A stretch of DNA of 64,000 nt, from positions 1-64,000 of IMG/VR virus record IMGVR_UViG_3300042090_002370; one strand, given 5' to 3'. Positions within the stretch are counted from its first letter, which is position 1, and every line of letters begins with the position of its first letter. The notes under the pieces are model-generated. The model was not told the DNA's origin. It worked only from the letters and a program-made list of their open reading frames with translations, and ran no database searches. Positions 30,215 through 40,907 of the stretch are shown piece by piece. Source of the stretch: a virus. The position numbers were made by a program, and so were the translations under genes.

Positions 30215-30871
30215 ATGGCGACCGACTTCCAAGTTTGTTACCCTCAGTCGGTCATCCCGCTGAGCAGCGTGATGCAAGTTCCGGGCATGCAGCCTCGTAC
30301 GCTTCAGCTCGTGGGCAAGGACTTCTCTTCGGTCGACCAGGTTCTTATCAATGACCTGCCGTCGCCAAGCGTTGTTATCACCTCTAAGACTAGGCTCTTG
30401 GCCCAGGTTCCCTCGCAGCTGACCTATACGCTTCTGACTTCAGTCACGGTCACCTCATACAACCTTACCGTCTCGAAGCGCAGTCTCATCAAGTTTCAGA
30501 TCGGCAGTCCGGCCAGCAAAGTCTCCGGCATTCTTCGCCTACTGCAGATCTTCCTGAAGCTCCTGTTTACCACACCAGGGCGTGACATCTTCGCTCCACG
30601 TCTAGGTGGCAGCGGCTTGAAGAATGTGGGGGTCACCTTCGATTCAGATGAGGGCGGAAACATCGTCAGCGACTTTGTGCTTGCGGTGAGCCTAACTCAG
30701 AGACAGCTTCTTGCCATCCAGTCGAAGAACCCCACGCTGGCTAGCAGTGAGCGCCTCATGTCGGCTACTGTCTTGTCTGCGACCTATAGCCCTACCGAGA
30801 CAGCGCTCATTGTTTCCGTACAAGTTACTTCTCAAGCCGGGCAGTCCGCTACGGCAAACGTAATGGTGTAG
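30215..30871 (+). CDS. Baseplate protein (IPT/TIG-like N-terminus, gp25-like C-terminus)
   Basis: LLFTTPG.DIF.P..GG; position before the baseplate J-like gene. Confidence 0.65.
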   Translation: MATDFQVCYPQSVIPLSSVMQVPGMQPRTLQLVGKDFSSVDQVLINDLPSPSVVITSKTRLLAQVPSQLTYTLLTSVTVTSYNLTVSKRSLIKFQIGSPASKVSGILRLLQIFLKLLFTTPGRDIFAPRLGGSGLKNVGVTFDSDEGGNIVSDFVLAVSLTQRQLLAIQSKNPTLASSERLMSATVLSATYSPTETALIVSVQVTSQAGQSATANVMV

Positions 30872-30880
30872 GATACATAC

Positions 30881-33800
30881 ATGGCCCTCGTAGACCTTCA
30901 GGCGTTTATCGACCAGTGCCTCTCGAACGTCGACCCGACGCTCGATCTGTCTCCTGGCTCGCCCTACGACACAGGGGTGGTGCAGCCGATCCTTCAGCGT
31001 CTTGGCACAGATCCCTTCACCGTCGATATCGGGCTCTTCATCCAGACGACTCTGAATCAGCAGTTCCCCGACATGCCTACGAGTGAGGGGGACGCGTTCA
31101 CCGACCTCTTCATCAAAGCTGCGGTCATCCTCTGGAACCCCATCGTTCGTGAGGTCACGCGCGTCGCCAACAGCCTCTCCTTCCAGAACCCGCAGATTCT
31201 GACGGTGGCTGAGGCACAGGCACTCGGCGCCAATCTCTTCGCCACCCTCGACCAGGGCAATAAGGCCACTGGCGTCGTCCGCATCTACTTCGCCCAGCCG
31301 CAGAACATTTCCATCAGCCCGGCCAACTTCATCACCGACAATCAAGGGCTGCACTTCTACCCTACGGAGATTCAGAGTATCGGCGTCACTGAGATGCTCC
31401 TGAATGTCGAAGGCACGCTCTACTACTTCGACATCAACGTCATCGCCGAGGCCGCGGGAAGTCAGTACAACGATATCCCCAACTCAGTCGTTACTATCGC
31501 CAACGTCTCCAGCGCCGTCCGCATTACGAACAAGGCGAAGTTCAGTGATGGTACGCCGTCACAAACGGCCGTGCAGTTCATCGATGCCACGCAGCAGTCG
31601 CTCACTGAGCGCTCTCTAGTTACACAGCGCGGCATCGTTGCGCAGCTCACAACGGCCTTCTCCGAGCTCACTCAGATCAATGTCCGAGGCTTCAATGACC
31701 CGGAGATGAACCGGGACGTCCTTACTGGTGGCGGGTTGGGGCCCGTCTTGGGTTCGGGCGTGAACGTTGAGTCGATCTCGGATGGTTCCGGCGCTCCTCT
31801 TACACGTCGCATAGAGATCGCCCCTGGTCAAGGTGTGGATTTTACTGCGCTCATAGGCCCTCCCGGTCCGGCGCCAGCCGGGTTCATCTTTACTGCCTTC
31901 GGGATGTTCCCTGTTGGTGTGCTGCCCACAGTGCAGGACCTCGAAGTGCTGACCGTCGTAGACGCCCTCACGCTCGATATGACGGAGCAGGTCTTCCAGG
32001 TCGACGCGATCGGCGTCGGCTTCACGCTGCGCCAGAATGTTCTTACCCTGTCGGGAATCCCTGGCGGTATCCTCTTCCCCAACCAGCCCGACGGGACGCT
32101 GCAGATACCGAATGGAACTGTTCATATCGGTGGTTGTACGGATGTCTACGTTCTCGACCCATCGACCATCACGCAGCAACTCATCATTACCGACATCTTC
32201 GACGACCAGCCGGTCCTTGCTGGGGTGGCGCTCACCATCCTCAGTGCGACGTCGGTCGGGCTCAATGACCTAGTTCTCGGTACGAACTATGCGCTCAACG
32301 ATTCGACATATACGGCGCTCGCCAACGCGCCCACGAACAACCTCTCCATCCAGGTTCTCGACCCCCCAGACGCCGGTGGCTATCGCATAACGGGCGTGAC
32401 GCAGACGCTGGGGTCCTCACCAGTCCTTACCATCGCACCGGCCTTGTCTGTGGTCGTAGGCGGTAACTTCCGCTGGACCGTCAGCGACCAGATCTACATC
32501 GATCTACTGGCTCCGAAAGAAACGCGTGTCTCTGGCCCTGACCTCACGACGGTTCTGGGTTCGGCGGTCGTCAGCACCATCAGCGGCACTGATTTCGAGA
32601 ACTACGGCGTGTCGCAGAACGACGTACTGGTTATCAGTACTGGCCATCTCATCAAAGGGACGTACACGGTTGAGTCCGTCAATGTTCCATTCTTCGACCA
32701 GCTCACGCTCGACCGCCCTCTGGCGGCTACGGTGAGTGGAGCCACGTACGCCATCTACCGTCCGAACGTGACGGGCGGGCTTGTGCCACCCTTCTTGCGC
32801 ATCGATAGCATAGAGCTGCTCGATACTTCGAGTCAGCCTATCGGGACGACTATCCCCTACGCCAAGCCGGTCAATGTGGAATCGAACGGCTTCGCGAACT
32901 CGGCCAACGGCATTAAGACGGACGTTACGGACGGCGTTATGGGCATCGTTTTCGGCCTACAACCTGGGCCGCTGAACGTTGTCGGTCTCTCAATGACCAT
33001 ACAGCTAGGGTCACCGCCGGTCTACGCGCCGTTCTCTGTCACTTTTACTGGAACGAATCCGCTTACATCGGTCCAGATCAGCGCGCAGATCAATGCTGCT
33101 TGTGCCGGGGCCACCGGCGGTGCCCTCAGCTTCATCGCTACCGCGCTAAACGGAACCACGACCGTTGGCGGAATCATTCCAGCCATCCCCGACACGCGCA
33201 TCACGGGCGGCTCGGCGTGCGCCGTCCTCTTCGGTTTCACCCCCACCTCCTCGAACCCCATCTCGACGCGGGACATCACCTCGAAGACTGTAGACGGTCT
33301 GGGTGGCTGGGCCGAGCTGCGTCCTGTCCTCGACTCCGACTTCGACGTCGCTCAGACGCTCGACGGGAACCAGCTCGGGTTCTTCTGGCTGGGCAATGGC
33401 CAGCCTGTACCGAACTCTCCGTTCAACCACGCCTTGTGGGACCCGCTGGTTACGCGTACGGATTTCGTTCCGCAGTACGATATCCATGTGCAGGTGGGCT
33501 CACGAGCGCTAGGCACAGCCACCATCTTCTTCATTGATCCGACGAGCTTCCAGATCGATGCATTCCCGTCGGTGCAGCAAGTCACGCCGCCCTCTTACAC
33601 TGTTTTCACGCTGACCAACCCCGATGGCTCGGTGCTGAACTTCTTCGCCGATCCTACGAACAGCTATCAGGCCATCCCCGCCTTGCCGAGCGGCGCTAAG
33701 CCCTTGGACGGTACGACAGGGGCACCGTTGGCGGCCAATGTCTTCCAGTCCCTTTCTTCAGACTTCCTCGCCTCTGGTATTCAGGCCGGTGACCAGCTCG

Positions 33801-34963
33801 TCATCGACTTCGTGCCGGTAACCGGGACTGCGGTGCTGGCAGACCCGGTACTGAGTATGAACGGCGCCGTGCTCCTCATCTCGTTAGCAGGCGGCATCAC
33901 CAAGACCATTACCTTCATCACCGATAGCGCCTTCATCCCTACGGGCGCTGTGACGCGAGCTGGTGTCATCACACAGATCAACCAGCAGGCAGGACAAACC
34001 ATCTGCGCACTCAATGGCGCCAACCAGATTGTCTTCAACCCCACAGTCTCTCTTGCAATCCTTGGCAGCGCGGCAGCGAATAGTGCCAACATTCAATTGG
34101 GCTTCCCACTCACGAGCGGCAACGATGTCTACAACACAGCGCTGAATGCCGGGACGTACACAGTTATGCAGGTAGCCCCAGGCGGCAACGTCGAGGAGCT
34201 CGTGGTCAGCCCGAATTTCCCAACGGGTGAGAGCAACGAACAGTTCAGCGTCTCACACACTGGCGTTCAGCGCATTGTATCCACGACGATGGCTACGCAG
34301 CAGGGCATCGCTAGCCTCTATTACTTCCAGGTAACACTGGTCTCTGAGGGCACTGGGAGCCAGTACAGTATCGGGGCAGGCTTGCAGATGACGGTCACGG
34401 GTTACAAGTCGGATGGCTACTACGTCACGACAGCCAATCCGAACCTGACCTTCTCTTCGGTAGAGGAGCCGGCGCTCATCATGTCGCTCTCTATCTTGCC
34501 GGTGGGTGTGAGCGACGACCCAAGCAACGCTGTGCAGCTGTCCGGCCAGAACATACAGGTGAACTACGACCAGTCCAGCCTCGTGCAGAACGTATCGAAC
34601 TTCATCACGTCGGACACTGAACGCGTTGTCTGCTCGAGCCCACTAGGCCGGCATCTTCTGCCCTACTACGTACGATTCGATATGACCTACTATGGCGGGT
34701 CGAATACGAACGTTGTGGTCCCGGCCATCAATACGTACATAGAGGGGCTCGACCCGACTGAGCGCCTAGAGGTTTCTAGCCTCAATAACATCGCGCTCTC
34801 CAACGGCGCCACGGCCGTTCAGAACCCGATTACTTTGGTGGCACTCATCCACAACTTCGACCGGTCCATCACAGTTGAGCAGTCGAGTGACTCTTTGAAC
34901 ACAGGTGTTCTGGCAGCGTTCATTCCTGATGTTCTCAACGTTGTGCGGAACGTGTCGACGTAG
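30881..34963 (+). CDS. Baseplate wedge (J/gp6-like) protein with large insertions
   Basis: ATGVVRIYF, VIAEAAGSQYN, SLTERSLVT.RGI N-terminal pattern; 1360 aa. Confidence 0.7.
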   Translation: MALVDLQAFIDQCLSNVDPTLDLSPGSPYDTGVVQPILQRLGTDPFTVDIGLFIQTTLNQQFPDMPTSEGDAFTDLFIKAAVILWNPIVREVTRVANSLSFQNPQILTVAEAQALGANLFATLDQGNKATGVVRIYFAQPQNISISPANFITDNQGLHFYPTEIQSIGVTEMLLNVEGTLYYFDINVIAEAAGSQYNDIPNSVVTIANVSSAVRITNKAKFSDGTPSQTAVQFIDATQQSLTERSLVTQRGIVAQLTTAFSELTQINVRGFNDPEMNRDVLTGGGLGPVLGSGVNVESISDGSGAPLTRRIEIAPGQGVDFTALIGPPGPAPAGFIFTAFGMFPVGVLPTVQDLEVLTVVDALTLDMTEQVFQVDAIGVGFTLRQNVLTLSGIPGGILFPNQPDGTLQIPNGTVHIGGCTDVYVLDPSTITQQLIITDIFDDQPVLAGVALTILSATSVGLNDLVLGTNYALNDSTYTALANAPTNNLSIQVLDPPDAGGYRITGVTQTLGSSPVLTIAPALSVVVGGNFRWTVSDQIYIDLLAPKETRVSGPDLTTVLGSAVVSTISGTDFENYGVSQNDVLVISTGHLIKGTYTVESVNVPFFDQLTLDRPLAATVSGATYAIYRPNVTGGLVPPFLRIDSIELLDTSSQPIGTTIPYAKPVNVESNGFANSANGIKTDVTDGVMGIVFGLQPGPLNVVGLSMTIQLGSPPVYAPFSVTFTGTNPLTSVQISAQINAACAGATGGALSFIATALNGTTTVGGIIPAIPDTRITGGSACAVLFGFTPTSSNPISTRDITSKTVDGLGGWAELRPVLDSDFDVAQTLDGNQLGFFWLGNGQPVPNSPFNHALWDPLVTRTDFVPQYDIHVQVGSRALGTATIFFIDPTSFQIDAFPSVQQVTPPSYTVFTLTNPDGSVLNFFADPTNSYQAIPALPSGAKPLDGTTGAPLAANVFQSLSSDFLASGIQAGDQLVIDFVPVTGTAVLADPVLSMNGAVLLISLAGGITKTITFITDSAFIPTGAVTRAGVITQINQQAGQTICALNGANQIVFNPTVSLAILGSAAANSANIQLGFPLTSGNDVYNTALNAGTYTVMQVAPGGNVEELVVSPNFPTGESNEQFSVSHTGVQRIVSTTMATQQGIASLYYFQVTLVSEGTGSQYSIGAGLQMTVTGYKSDGYYVTTANPNLTFSSVEEPALIMSLSILPVGVSDDPSNAVQLSGQNIQVNYDQSSLVQNVSNFITSDTERVVCSSPLGRHLLPYYVRFDMTYYGGSNTNVVVPAINTYIEGLDPTERLEVSSLNNIALSNGATAVQNPITLVALIHNFDRSITVEQSSDSLNTGVLAAFIPDVLNVVRNVST

Positions 34964-35225
34964 TTCCTCGCTCTAGGAGCAGACCAGAATGCGGATCGAA
35001 GAGTGCGCGGCAAGCTACGCAACGAAGACAAGAACGAGGCACCAGGGTGTCTTGGTCACCGAAGACGTGCCCTCTGACGTGTTCCTTCTGGCAGGCGCCT
35101 CCGCACTGTTTGCACTTGAACTGCCTGTAGAAGGCGGCGAGCGCTTTTTGCGCGGGCGCCAGCTCGTCTGTGTACCCTTCGATGGCCTTCCTGGCGAGCT
35201 CGGGGTCCATTTCGATCAGCTTCAT
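34935..35225 (-). CDS. Small zinc-ribbon protein
   Basis: CKQCG...CVAC...FDPHSGL; TATGCT 6 nt upstream. Confidence 0.7.
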   Translation of the reverse strand: MKLIEMDPELARKAIEGYTDELAPAQKALAAFYRQFKCKQCGGACQKEHVRGHVFGDQDTLVPRSCLRCVACRALFDPHSGLLLERGTTSTRSAQR

Positions 35226-35261
35226 GCGCTGAGCATAATGCTGTCAGCATAGGAGAGCAAC

Positions 35262-36521
35262 ATGGAACGGTTTAACAACTATGCGTTGATTGTGCTCACC
35301 GCGCCGTGCGGCGCTTTGGACACGTTCATCACCATCAGCAACCCCGGAGCGCTAGTCAGCGAGGGCAACTTCCGTCTCACCGTGGACGGCGAGATTATGT
35401 TGGCGACGGCAGGTCCTACTGGCGACACTGTTCCTGTAGCACGCGCTCAAGAGGGAACCGCCGCTACGGCGCACGACCTGGGCGCTCAGGTCATTCCAGG
35501 ACTCACCGCTGGTGCATTGGAGCAGCTCGAGGCTGACATCGAGGGGCTGATTCCGCCTGCTACTGCGAAGAGTCCGGCGTTTCAGAGCACGGTTGGCCCT
35601 ATTACTTCTTTCTACACGCTCGTCCAAGAGACTATGACTGAGGTAGACACGACTGGTGGGCCAGTCACCAATCTCTTGCCAACCTATTCTGATGTGGTTG
35701 ATGGCGATGTCATCGCCGTGGTCGATGTAGGCGGGGCGTTCGCAACGAACAACTACACGCTTGAACCACAGATCTCTGAGGGCGTGAGCATACAGGACCC
35801 TGTGAGCAAGATTGTAACGGGCGGTAGCATTGTGCTGGCCCGTTCAGGTATGAGCGCCAGTTGGGTATACGATTCCAATTCGGCGACTTGGTGGTGCTAT
35901 TCGGTTACTGTCACCGGGTCGCTTGTGCAGTCGACATTGCTCACCTCGAGTTCTGGAACATTTACCACACAGCCGCAGACAAGATTCGTGCGAATCCGAG
36001 GCGTGGGCGGTGGTGGTGCGAGTGGTGGGACGCCGTCAACTAGCGGCACTCAGAGCGCAGCGTCACCTGGCGCAAGTAGCGGTGGGTACCTTGAGGCACT
36101 GGTTCCAGTGGCCGGTAGCACTGGCTACGCCTACACCTGCGGCGCAGGCGGGACTCCTGTGTCAGGTGCTGCCGGCAATAACGGTGGGAACGCTACGTTC
36201 GTGATTGGTGCCACGACATACACAGCCGGTCACGGCCTCGGTTCAGCGGCGGGCACAGTTACGTCTACCGTCGCGGCCGTCGCCGGTCCTGCAGGTGGGA
36301 CCTCTACGAATGGCGAGTTCAACACTGCCGGACAACACGGCGGCGCCGGCTTGGTACTCCTAGGTACAAGCGCCGTGGTCGCCCCCGGCTTAGGTGGTGT
36401 CAGCGCGCTCGGTTCTACATACGGAAACGGCGCTAATGGTGTCTCGGCTGGTAACTCGGCCTCTGCACAAGCAGGTAACGCTGGGCTGCCAAGCTGTTGG
36501 ATAGTGGACGAGTACATATAG
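35262..36521 (+). CDS. Tail-fibre-associated protein with glycine-rich domain
   Basis: VARAQEGTAATAH N-terminal motif; GVGGGGASGG and GAGG repeats. Confidence 0.7.
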   Translation: MERFNNYALIVLTAPCGALDTFITISNPGALVSEGNFRLTVDGEIMLATAGPTGDTVPVARAQEGTAATAHDLGAQVIPGLTAGALEQLEADIEGLIPPATAKSPAFQSTVGPITSFYTLVQETMTEVDTTGGPVTNLLPTYSDVVDGDVIAVVDVGGAFATNNYTLEPQISEGVSIQDPVSKIVTGGSIVLARSGMSASWVYDSNSATWWCYSVTVTGSLVQSTLLTSSSGTFTTQPQTRFVRIRGVGGGGASGGTPSTSGTQSAASPGASSGGYLEALVPVAGSTGYAYTCGAGGTPVSGAAGNNGGNATFVIGATTYTAGHGLGSAAGTVTSTVAAVAGPAGGTSTNGEFNTAGQHGGAGLVLLGTSAVVAPGLGGVSALGSTYGNGANGVSAGNSASAQAGNAGLPSCWIVDEYI

Positions 36522-36525
36522 TCCG

Positions 36526-39500
36526 ATGCCGCTTACCTCCTCCATAGGCCTGCTCAGCGGCGGGCTGGGGTTCCAGCAGATACTAGGCCCCATCACGTCT
36601 TCTGGCCTGCCCTCAGAGCCGCCGTTCGATATCTACTGTGTTGCGCTCTGCGAGTCGCTTATCTCGTACACGCAGGTCAGTACAATCGGCAACGGCCTGC
36701 AGTTCTTTGTAGGGCCGAGTCCGAACTTTGATCAGGAAATAGCCTCTGGTGGGGTGTACCCAGTAGGAGACGCTGCTGTCATTATCGACGTCGATGTCAC
36801 TGCGGAATTTACGTTCCAGTTCACCGCGCTCTGGAACAACCTCCCAAACAACTTCTCCGACCTCGTCAATGAGCATTCGTACTTCGGGACCTTCTCCGCA
36901 TCCGCTGGCTGCGTTGGGCTCTTCTTCTCTAAGGTAGGCATCGCGTATACGGGCTCGGTTCACTTCGACGGCAGCAATAACCTCGTTCTCGACACACCTG
37001 TACAAGAGCTCCCAGGTAGCCAGTTCTTCGTCAGTGAGAACGAGTACTGGACTGTTCGTGTTGCGTTGAGTTTCACAACAGGCGTGGTTTACATCTACGT
37101 CACGCTGGCATCCGAGTTGCCGAGTATTGGCCACCAGCTTCGTTACATCATGCCTGTGATCCCGTCCTCGAGCGCAGCAGTGAACCCGCCAGACGAGACG
37201 CTGGTCTCAGTGCGCGGTACTCCTGGGGCACCGACGTGGGTTAGCCTCAACGAGATCTGCCTCTCTTCCTCGCTGCTCATTCCCACCATCCCACCGGTAG
37301 CCAGTGCTGGCAATGATTCTTCGTTGCTCATCTGCTCCATCCTGCAGTTGAGTGGGTCAGCAAGCTTTGACCCGCAAGGTGGTGCGCTCACATACAAGTG
37401 GCAGCTTATCGATGCGCCGCCTGGAAGTCAGTACATTGTCAATTGCGTCGACGGTCTGACTTACCCTGGCAGTCCTCCTACAGGGTTCACTGACAAGCTC
37501 TACTCAGTGACATTGCAAAACATCAATGCGCTGTCCCCCATACCGATAGGCAATGTCGTGGTTGTGGACGGCGTTTCATACACGGTCACCGGTACGGGCT
37601 CTGACGGCCACGGTTTCTTTGTTGTGGTTACGCCATTCGAGTTACCTGACAGTTTGTCGGCACCGACGACCTTCACGTACATGCTCCAGAACGGTCTGAA
37701 CACGTCGACGAGCGAGAACCCAACGTTCTATCCGGACGTCCTCGGCATCTTCAAGTTCAGCCTCGTGGTTTACAACGGAGCGCTCTTCTCACTTCCAGCG
37801 GAGGTCATCGCGAATGTCGTAGAGAACGACATTGCGCGTGGTTGTGTGCCAGACCTCACCTTCCTCTGGAACTACCTCTCGGACTTCTGGAATCTTGTTG
37901 AAGGGACGGACCGCGTTGCTGTCCTCTGGCAGGGCCTGGCGCAGGTTGCAGGCGCCGAGCTCTTGAACCTCTGGCAGGTTGATTACTCAAAGAGTCTGCG
38001 CGATATCCAACGCACCTTCCAGCGTCGTTGGATGCACTATGACTTTCTTATGCAAGAAAACCCGGCGCTCGTCGCGCTCTCGACTGTCTCAGCGGTCTAC
38101 GGCGGTGTGGAGTCAAGCAATATCGCTGACAGCGGAATCACAGGCATCTACGGAACGCACCTCGATCTGCAGGTCTCTTTACAGTCCAGTCCGGTCATTG
38201 TCAGCTTTACGCTACCTGGCACGTACCTCCCGGCGCAGATTCAGGCGGTACTCCAAGCGGCGCTGTCACAAATCAACCACGGCTTCGTTGTGGAAGCCAT
38301 CCCGAATCACGCGGGTACCATCACGCGTATTCGCATCGACGCGCCATTCCCATTCATGGTTATGGGAACCTCCACTGTTCCCATCTTCACTGCGGGGCAG
38401 GCGAACGGATCTCCTACTGGGACCGCTGGCGCGGCGGTAGGTTTGCAGACCTACCTACTTGACCGTAGTGCGCAGTATCTCGACATCGCGATGAATGACT
38501 TCTTGTGCATCGACGGCGTTGCGTACCGTATCTCGGGTGTTGTTGACGTAGCCTCAGATGAATGGCCTTTCCAACGAGTAACACTCCTAGATACGCTGCC
38601 TGCTCCTGTAGACGCTAACTGGACTATTTCTGGTACCGCGACGTCGGAGGACCTCGACTTCTGGAGCGGCCTTTGTGAGCAGAGTGACATTGTCACCTTC
38701 GAGGTTCTGAATCGCGTCTCGAATCAGATCACCCTGGTGACCAGCTCGGTGCTTGGGGCGAACGAGACCCTCACCGGTAGCCTGCCCGTAGACGCCACAC
38801 CGGTTGGGGCGTACTTGTCGCAGCCCAACCTGTACTCGGTGTATCTCTATAGTGTACTCAGGCGGAAGTACATCCAGCTCGAGCCGCTCATCGTGAGCGT
38901 CCCCTACCTGCAGCAGTACATCATCAACACGGACGATACACAGGTCCTTCGACAGAACGTCGACTACTTCCTTACGACCTTCCGTGGTCAGCCTGTCTTC
39001 AGCTTCGTGACCCCGGTACCAGCAAGCGCAGGCGGACCGGATGTCTGGGAAGGGCAGCCGCCGCCGAACTCGTTGTGGGCAGAGACGTCCTATCTCGACA
39101 ACCGTCCGCGCATCGAGGCGAACTTTGGCATACCTGCGGATTTCACGTTAGACGATCTTGCACAGCTGCCAAGTAGCGTTGACTACCTCTCAACGGTAAC
39201 CGGGCTCTGGTACGCGTACTGGAACGGACCGACGATGTTCAATCTACGTGTAGGCACGCAGATTCTCATTGGTCTGCCCTTCGCTGATGAGACCGGTATC
39301 ATCGTTGAGATTCGCAGCGATTTCAGTGTTTCGACTGGGCTCATCTTGGTGCAGGACGCTGCGAATACTGCGGTTGTTCGATCGTACTCTTACCCAGTTT
39401 CGCTCGCCCTCGAGACCAATCCTGCGACCAACTTGCCTTACGCTGTCGGTGATACGGTTCAGCAGTTCGCTCCGCTTGTCACGGGGGCCACTGTGGAGGA

Positions 39501-40443
39501 CTACGTCAACAACCCGACCTGGTTTCAGGGCTACCTCGAACAGGGTGACTTTTTCGAGGTGGAGAAGTTCTTCAAGTTCCTTGTGCAAGTGGACAGCGCG
39601 GCCTTCAGCTTACCGGCTCTCACCTTCGTTCAGCAGTTCATCTTGCGTATCAAGCCGACCTACACGTACCCGCTCTTCGTGGTCAGCGCAGATGTAGCGA
39701 GCGCGACGGTTTCGGTCAGCGACGAGATCGGGCTTTCTGGCACCTTATCGCTTTACGACGATACGTGCTTCCCTGGCACCTGGGGCGTGGCGACGATGTT
39801 CGACCAGCCTAGCCCAAATGGTGGGTGGCGCAGTCAGTTTGACCACAACCAGGACCCCACCAACCTGCCGACGTTCCCCAATCCGAACTACCCCATCATC
39901 TGGGGCTTCGACAAGAACTACTTGTGCCCAGAGGACTTCATCCAGGGAACGCTTTGCACGACGTTTTCGGTACCGACGCTGCCGACTTTCGATTCGCTTT
40001 TCGCCTTCGACAAGCCGCTCTACACGGCAGACCAGGCTTCGTTCTTCACCGGGCCGACGATCTCGATTCCTGCTGGTCCGTCAGGGCTACCTATTGGCGG
40101 GCCCTATACAATACCGAACAACGGAACGATCAACTCCATCTCGTTGGAGCTCGTCTGCGGGAGCCCAGGATCGCCGGCAAACTACCTGCTAAACCTCTAC
40201 AAGAACGGGACGTTACAATCCTCGACGGCGTTCACCTGCGGCGCTTCTGGGATCACGCTTATGGCCACCATCTCCGTCGCCGTCGTCGCCAGCGATATTC
40301 TGACGGTTGCGATTCTGCCTGCGAGCGGTGGCCCCATTACCGTCGCATGGGATAGCGCTCTTGTAGAAACTGGGCAGTCGATTCCCTGGTTCTTCGACAC
40401 GGACGTCGCAGCTGGAACTTATTGCGCATTCAAGGCGTTATGA
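36526..40443 (+). CDS. Large baseplate/tail protein with PKD-like domain
   Basis: PPVASAGND...LSGSASFDP.G..LTYKWQL; RIKPTYT motif. Confidence 0.7.
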   Translation: MPLTSSIGLLSGGLGFQQILGPITSSGLPSEPPFDIYCVALCESLISYTQVSTIGNGLQFFVGPSPNFDQEIASGGVYPVGDAAVIIDVDVTAEFTFQFTALWNNLPNNFSDLVNEHSYFGTFSASAGCVGLFFSKVGIAYTGSVHFDGSNNLVLDTPVQELPGSQFFVSENEYWTVRVALSFTTGVVYIYVTLASELPSIGHQLRYIMPVIPSSSAAVNPPDETLVSVRGTPGAPTWVSLNEICLSSSLLIPTIPPVASAGNDSSLLICSILQLSGSASFDPQGGALTYKWQLIDAPPGSQYIVNCVDGLTYPGSPPTGFTDKLYSVTLQNINALSPIPIGNVVVVDGVSYTVTGTGSDGHGFFVVVTPFELPDSLSAPTTFTYMLQNGLNTSTSENPTFYPDVLGIFKFSLVVYNGALFSLPAEVIANVVENDIARGCVPDLTFLWNYLSDFWNLVEGTDRVAVLWQGLAQVAGAELLNLWQVDYSKSLRDIQRTFQRRWMHYDFLMQENPALVALSTVSAVYGGVESSNIADSGITGIYGTHLDLQVSLQSSPVIVSFTLPGTYLPAQIQAVLQAALSQINHGFVVEAIPNHAGTITRIRIDAPFPFMVMGTSTVPIFTAGQANGSPTGTAGAAVGLQTYLLDRSAQYLDIAMNDFLCIDGVAYRISGVVDVASDEWPFQRVTLLDTLPAPVDANWTISGTATSEDLDFWSGLCEQSDIVTFEVLNRVSNQITLVTSSVLGANETLTGSLPVDATPVGAYLSQPNLYSVYLYSVLRRKYIQLEPLIVSVPYLQQYIINTDDTQVLRQNVDYFLTTFRGQPVFSFVTPVPASAGGPDVWEGQPPPNSLWAETSYLDNRPRIEANFGIPADFTLDDLAQLPSSVDYLSTVTGLWYAYWNGPTMFNLRVGTQILIGLPFADETGIIVEIRSDFSVSTGLILVQDAANTAVVRSYSYPVSLALETNPATNLPYAVGDTVQQFAPLVTGATVEDYVNNPTWFQGYLEQGDFFEVEKFFKFLVQVDSAAFSLPALTFVQQFILRIKPTYTYPLFVVSADVASATVSVSDEIGLSGTLSLYDDTCFPGTWGVATMFDQPSPNGGWRSQFDHNQDPTNLPTFPNPNYPIIWGFDKNYLCPEDFIQGTLCTTFSVPTLPTFDSLFAFDKPLYTADQASFFTGPTISIPAGPSGLPIGGPYTIPNNGTINSISLELVCGSPGSPANYLLNLYKNGTLQSSTAFTCGASGITLMATISVAVVASDILTVAILPASGGPITVAWDSALVETGQSIPWFFDTDVAAGTYCAFKAL

Positions 40444-40907
40444 AGACACACAAACTCAAAGGGCATCTGACGTACCAAGGGCTCAATATCGCCATTGAGC
40501 AATTCAAAGGCGACACAAGAAGCGGCGTCAGTGCCACAGGCAAGCCCTGGTCTACTACGATGAAGAACCCCTACGGATACGTAGTCGGTTCGGAGGGGGC
40601 AGACGGCGACGGCGTTGACGTGTTCGTTGGCGACGATAAGAAGGCCCCGAATGTCTACGTCGTGCAGCAGAAAAAGGACGACGGCAGCTATGACGAGGAC
40701 AAGTGTATCCTAGGTGTGAACAGCGTCGAAGAAGCAAAGAAGCTCTACCTTTCGAACTATGATACGGCCAAGTACCTCGGGCCTATCAAGACGGTTCCCA
40801 TCGAGCGCTTCAAGGCTCTCGTGACCTCCGGCAAGAAGCTCACCAAGATCTCGAGCGTCGTGCTAGCCTTCTTCGACGAGCTCACCAAGATAGAGGGCGC
40901 GACATGA
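40440..40907 (+). CDS. Phage inorganic-pyrophosphatase-like (InPase) domain protein
   Basis: IAIE..KG..RSG...W...M..PYGY....GADGD.VDVFVG...YDEDK..LG. Confidence 0.8.
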   Translation: MKTHKLKGHLTYQGLNIAIEQFKGDTRSGVSATGKPWSTTMKNPYGYVVGSEGADGDGVDVFVGDDKKAPNVYVVQQKKDDGSYDEDKCILGVNSVEEAKKLYLSNYDTAKYLGPIKTVPIERFKALVTSGKKLTKISSVVLAFFDELTKIEGAT

